Below, one piece after another: positions 62,536-64,000 of a stretch of 64,000 nucleotides of DNA (the stretch's first letter is position 1; every line of letters begins with the position of its first letter). This DNA is from Sediminibacterium sp. (GTDB lineage Bacteria > Bacteroidota > Bacteroidia > Chitinophagales > Chitinophagaceae): assembly GCA_044353005.1 (NCBI GenBank), contig JBILCS010000001.1, forward strand, positions 4,287-68,286, in the 5' to 3' direction. Made by a program: the position numbers and the translations under genes. The notes under the pieces were generated by a model. That model saw only the letters and a program-made list of their open reading frames with translations. It was not told the DNA's origin and ran no database searches.

Positions 62536-63111
62536 TTATTTTGAAATAAATTCTTGTATTAGGGCAGCTGTTTCTTCACATGCAGTATTTAATACTTCGT
62601 TTTTTACAACTGCATTAAATTGATTGCTAAAACTAATTTCGTATGCTGCTTTATCCAATCGTATTTGCATTTTTTCTTCGGAATCTGTATTTCTTTTTGC
62701 AAGACGCTCTTTTAAAACCTCGATAGAAGGCGGTAAAATAAAAATAGATAAAGCTTGATCGCCTAATTGTTTTTGAATGGCCATCGCACCTTTTACATCA
62801 ATATCCAATACGGGCATTTTTCCTTCTGCCCAAATGCGATCTAATTCAGATATCAAAGTACCATAATACAATCCTTCATAGACCATTTCATATTCTAAAA
62901 AGTCATTTTGTTTGATATGCTCTTCAAATACTGCTGGGCTAATAAAATGATAGTCAACACCATCTTGTTCAGCGCCCCTTGGATCCCTGGTGGTGGCAGA
63001 AACTGAAAAAGCCAGTTGAGGATAATTTGCCAATAAAAATCGCGTGATAGAGGTTTTACCTGCACCAGAAGGCGCAGTCAAAATGATGGCTTTTTTGTGT
63101 TGTTCAGACAT
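62536..63111 (-). CDS. gmk: Guanylate kinase
   Basis: APSGAGKTS, SATTR, GVDYHF, YYGT, DIDVKG, FILPPS. Confidence 0.96.
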   Translation of the reverse strand: MSEQHKKAIILTAPSGAGKTSITRFLLANYPQLAFSVSATTRDPRGAEQDGVDYHFISPAVFEEHIKQNDFLEYEMVYEGLYYGTLISELDRIWAEGKMPVLDIDVKGAMAIQKQLGDQALSIFILPPSIEVLKERLAKRNTDSEEKMQIRLDKAAYEISFSNQFNAVVKNEVLNTACEETAALIQEFISK

Positions 63112-63239
63112 GGGACTAAATTAAGCAAATACCATCTAAATAAATCATAATAAAGAAGAAATAGAAAGCCTAAATTGGTTGTATATTTAAAGGACAATTT
63201 TTAAGCAGCCACATCTAATTTTATTTAATAATCGATTTT

Positions 63240-64000
63240 ATGCAAAAACAACTTTTCACTTATTTGTTACTCGCTAGTTCATTATTTGCTATTGCGCAAA
63301 AACCAGCAGAAGAAGGATCGGCAAAATTAGGGTCTTATAATAGAGCGCTTAGCCTAGACCAAAAAGTCGAAAAAACTGGCGAAGTAACTATTAAAGGACA
63401 AAAAGTGCCTTATAAAGTAACTGCAAGTACTCAACCTGTATGGGACGAAGAAGGAAAAGCAGTTGCTGGCTTATTTTATGTGTACTATGAGCGTACCGAT
63501 GTTACCAATAAAGAAACAAGACCCTTGGTCATTTCTTTTAACGGAGGACCAGGTACAGCAAGTGTATGGATGCACTTGGGTTATACTGGACCTAAAAAAT
63601 TAAAAATAGACGACGAAGGCTATCCAATTCAACCCTATGGATTCGAAGACAATCCGCAGTCTTTATTAGATGTTGCGGATATCGTATATGTGGACCCAGT
63701 GAATACAGGGTTTTCAAGAATTTTAGATAAAGCCACTCCAGGATCAAAGTTTTTTGGTGTGACTGCAGACATTAAATATTTAGCTGACTGGATCAACACC
63801 TTTGTTGGAAGGCAAAAGCGCTGGGCCTCTCCTAAGTTTTTAATTGGAGAAAGTTATGGTACCAATCGTGTATCAGGATTGTCATTAGAATTACAGAATA
63901 GACATTGGATGTTTTTGAATGGTGTGATTTTAGTTTCACCAACCGATCTTGGATTAAAACGCGATGCGGTATCAAGTGCAGCATTACGTATTCCTTATAT
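63240..64000 (+). CDS. S10 family serine carboxypeptidase (runs off the right window edge)
   Basis: Not in the ORF track; manual translation MQKQLFTYLLL...FNGGPGTASVWMHLG...DPVNTGFS...GESYG. Confidence 0.9.
   Translation, partial: MQKQLFTYLLLASSLFAIAQKPAEEGSAKLGSYNRALSLDQKVEKTGEVTIKGQKVPYKVTASTQPVWDEEGKAVAGLFYVYYERTDVTNKETRPLVISFNGGPGTASVWMHLGYTGPKKLKIDDEGYPIQPYGFEDNPQSLLDVADIVYVDPVNTGFSRILDKATPGSKFFGVTADIKYLADWINTFVGRQKRWASPKFLIGESYGTNRVSGLSLELQNRHWMFLNGVILVSPTDLGLKRDAVSSAALRIPY

Overview
Housekeeping-rich, compact chromosomal segment of a Bacteroidota bacterium. The TAnnTTTG -7 promoters, absence of Shine-Dalgarno motifs and gene set suggest Chitinophagaceae/Sediminibacterium-like (taxonomy is inference). 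The window appears to span the replication-origin region. It has two perfect and one degenerate parS site between mnmG and ybeY, a 753-bp very AT-rich, DnaA-box-rich gap between ppiD and recA (candidate oriC), a second DnaA-box cluster at about 20.4-20.56 kb, and polA, recA, uvrB, recX, dnaN and pcrA nearby. About 55 CDS; I saw no rRNA, tRNA, CRISPR array, prophage or transposase. Most notable unexplained items: (1) two homologous 79-nt hairpins in opposite orientation with a shared GC-rich core, lying between the parS sites; (2) a promoter- and terminator-bounded ~73-nt candidate sRNA upstream of a pseudouridine synthase; (3) many genes whose start codon lies 3-5 nt after the -7 promoter element (probably leaderless); (4) CTAA-N5-TTAG SOS-type boxes at the oriC/recA junction; (5) a kdnB-like gene that may start at ATT; (6) an apparently inactive rhomboid; (7) two GH3 amido-synthetase paralogs in envelope/lipid contexts. 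All calls were made by eye; no searches were run.
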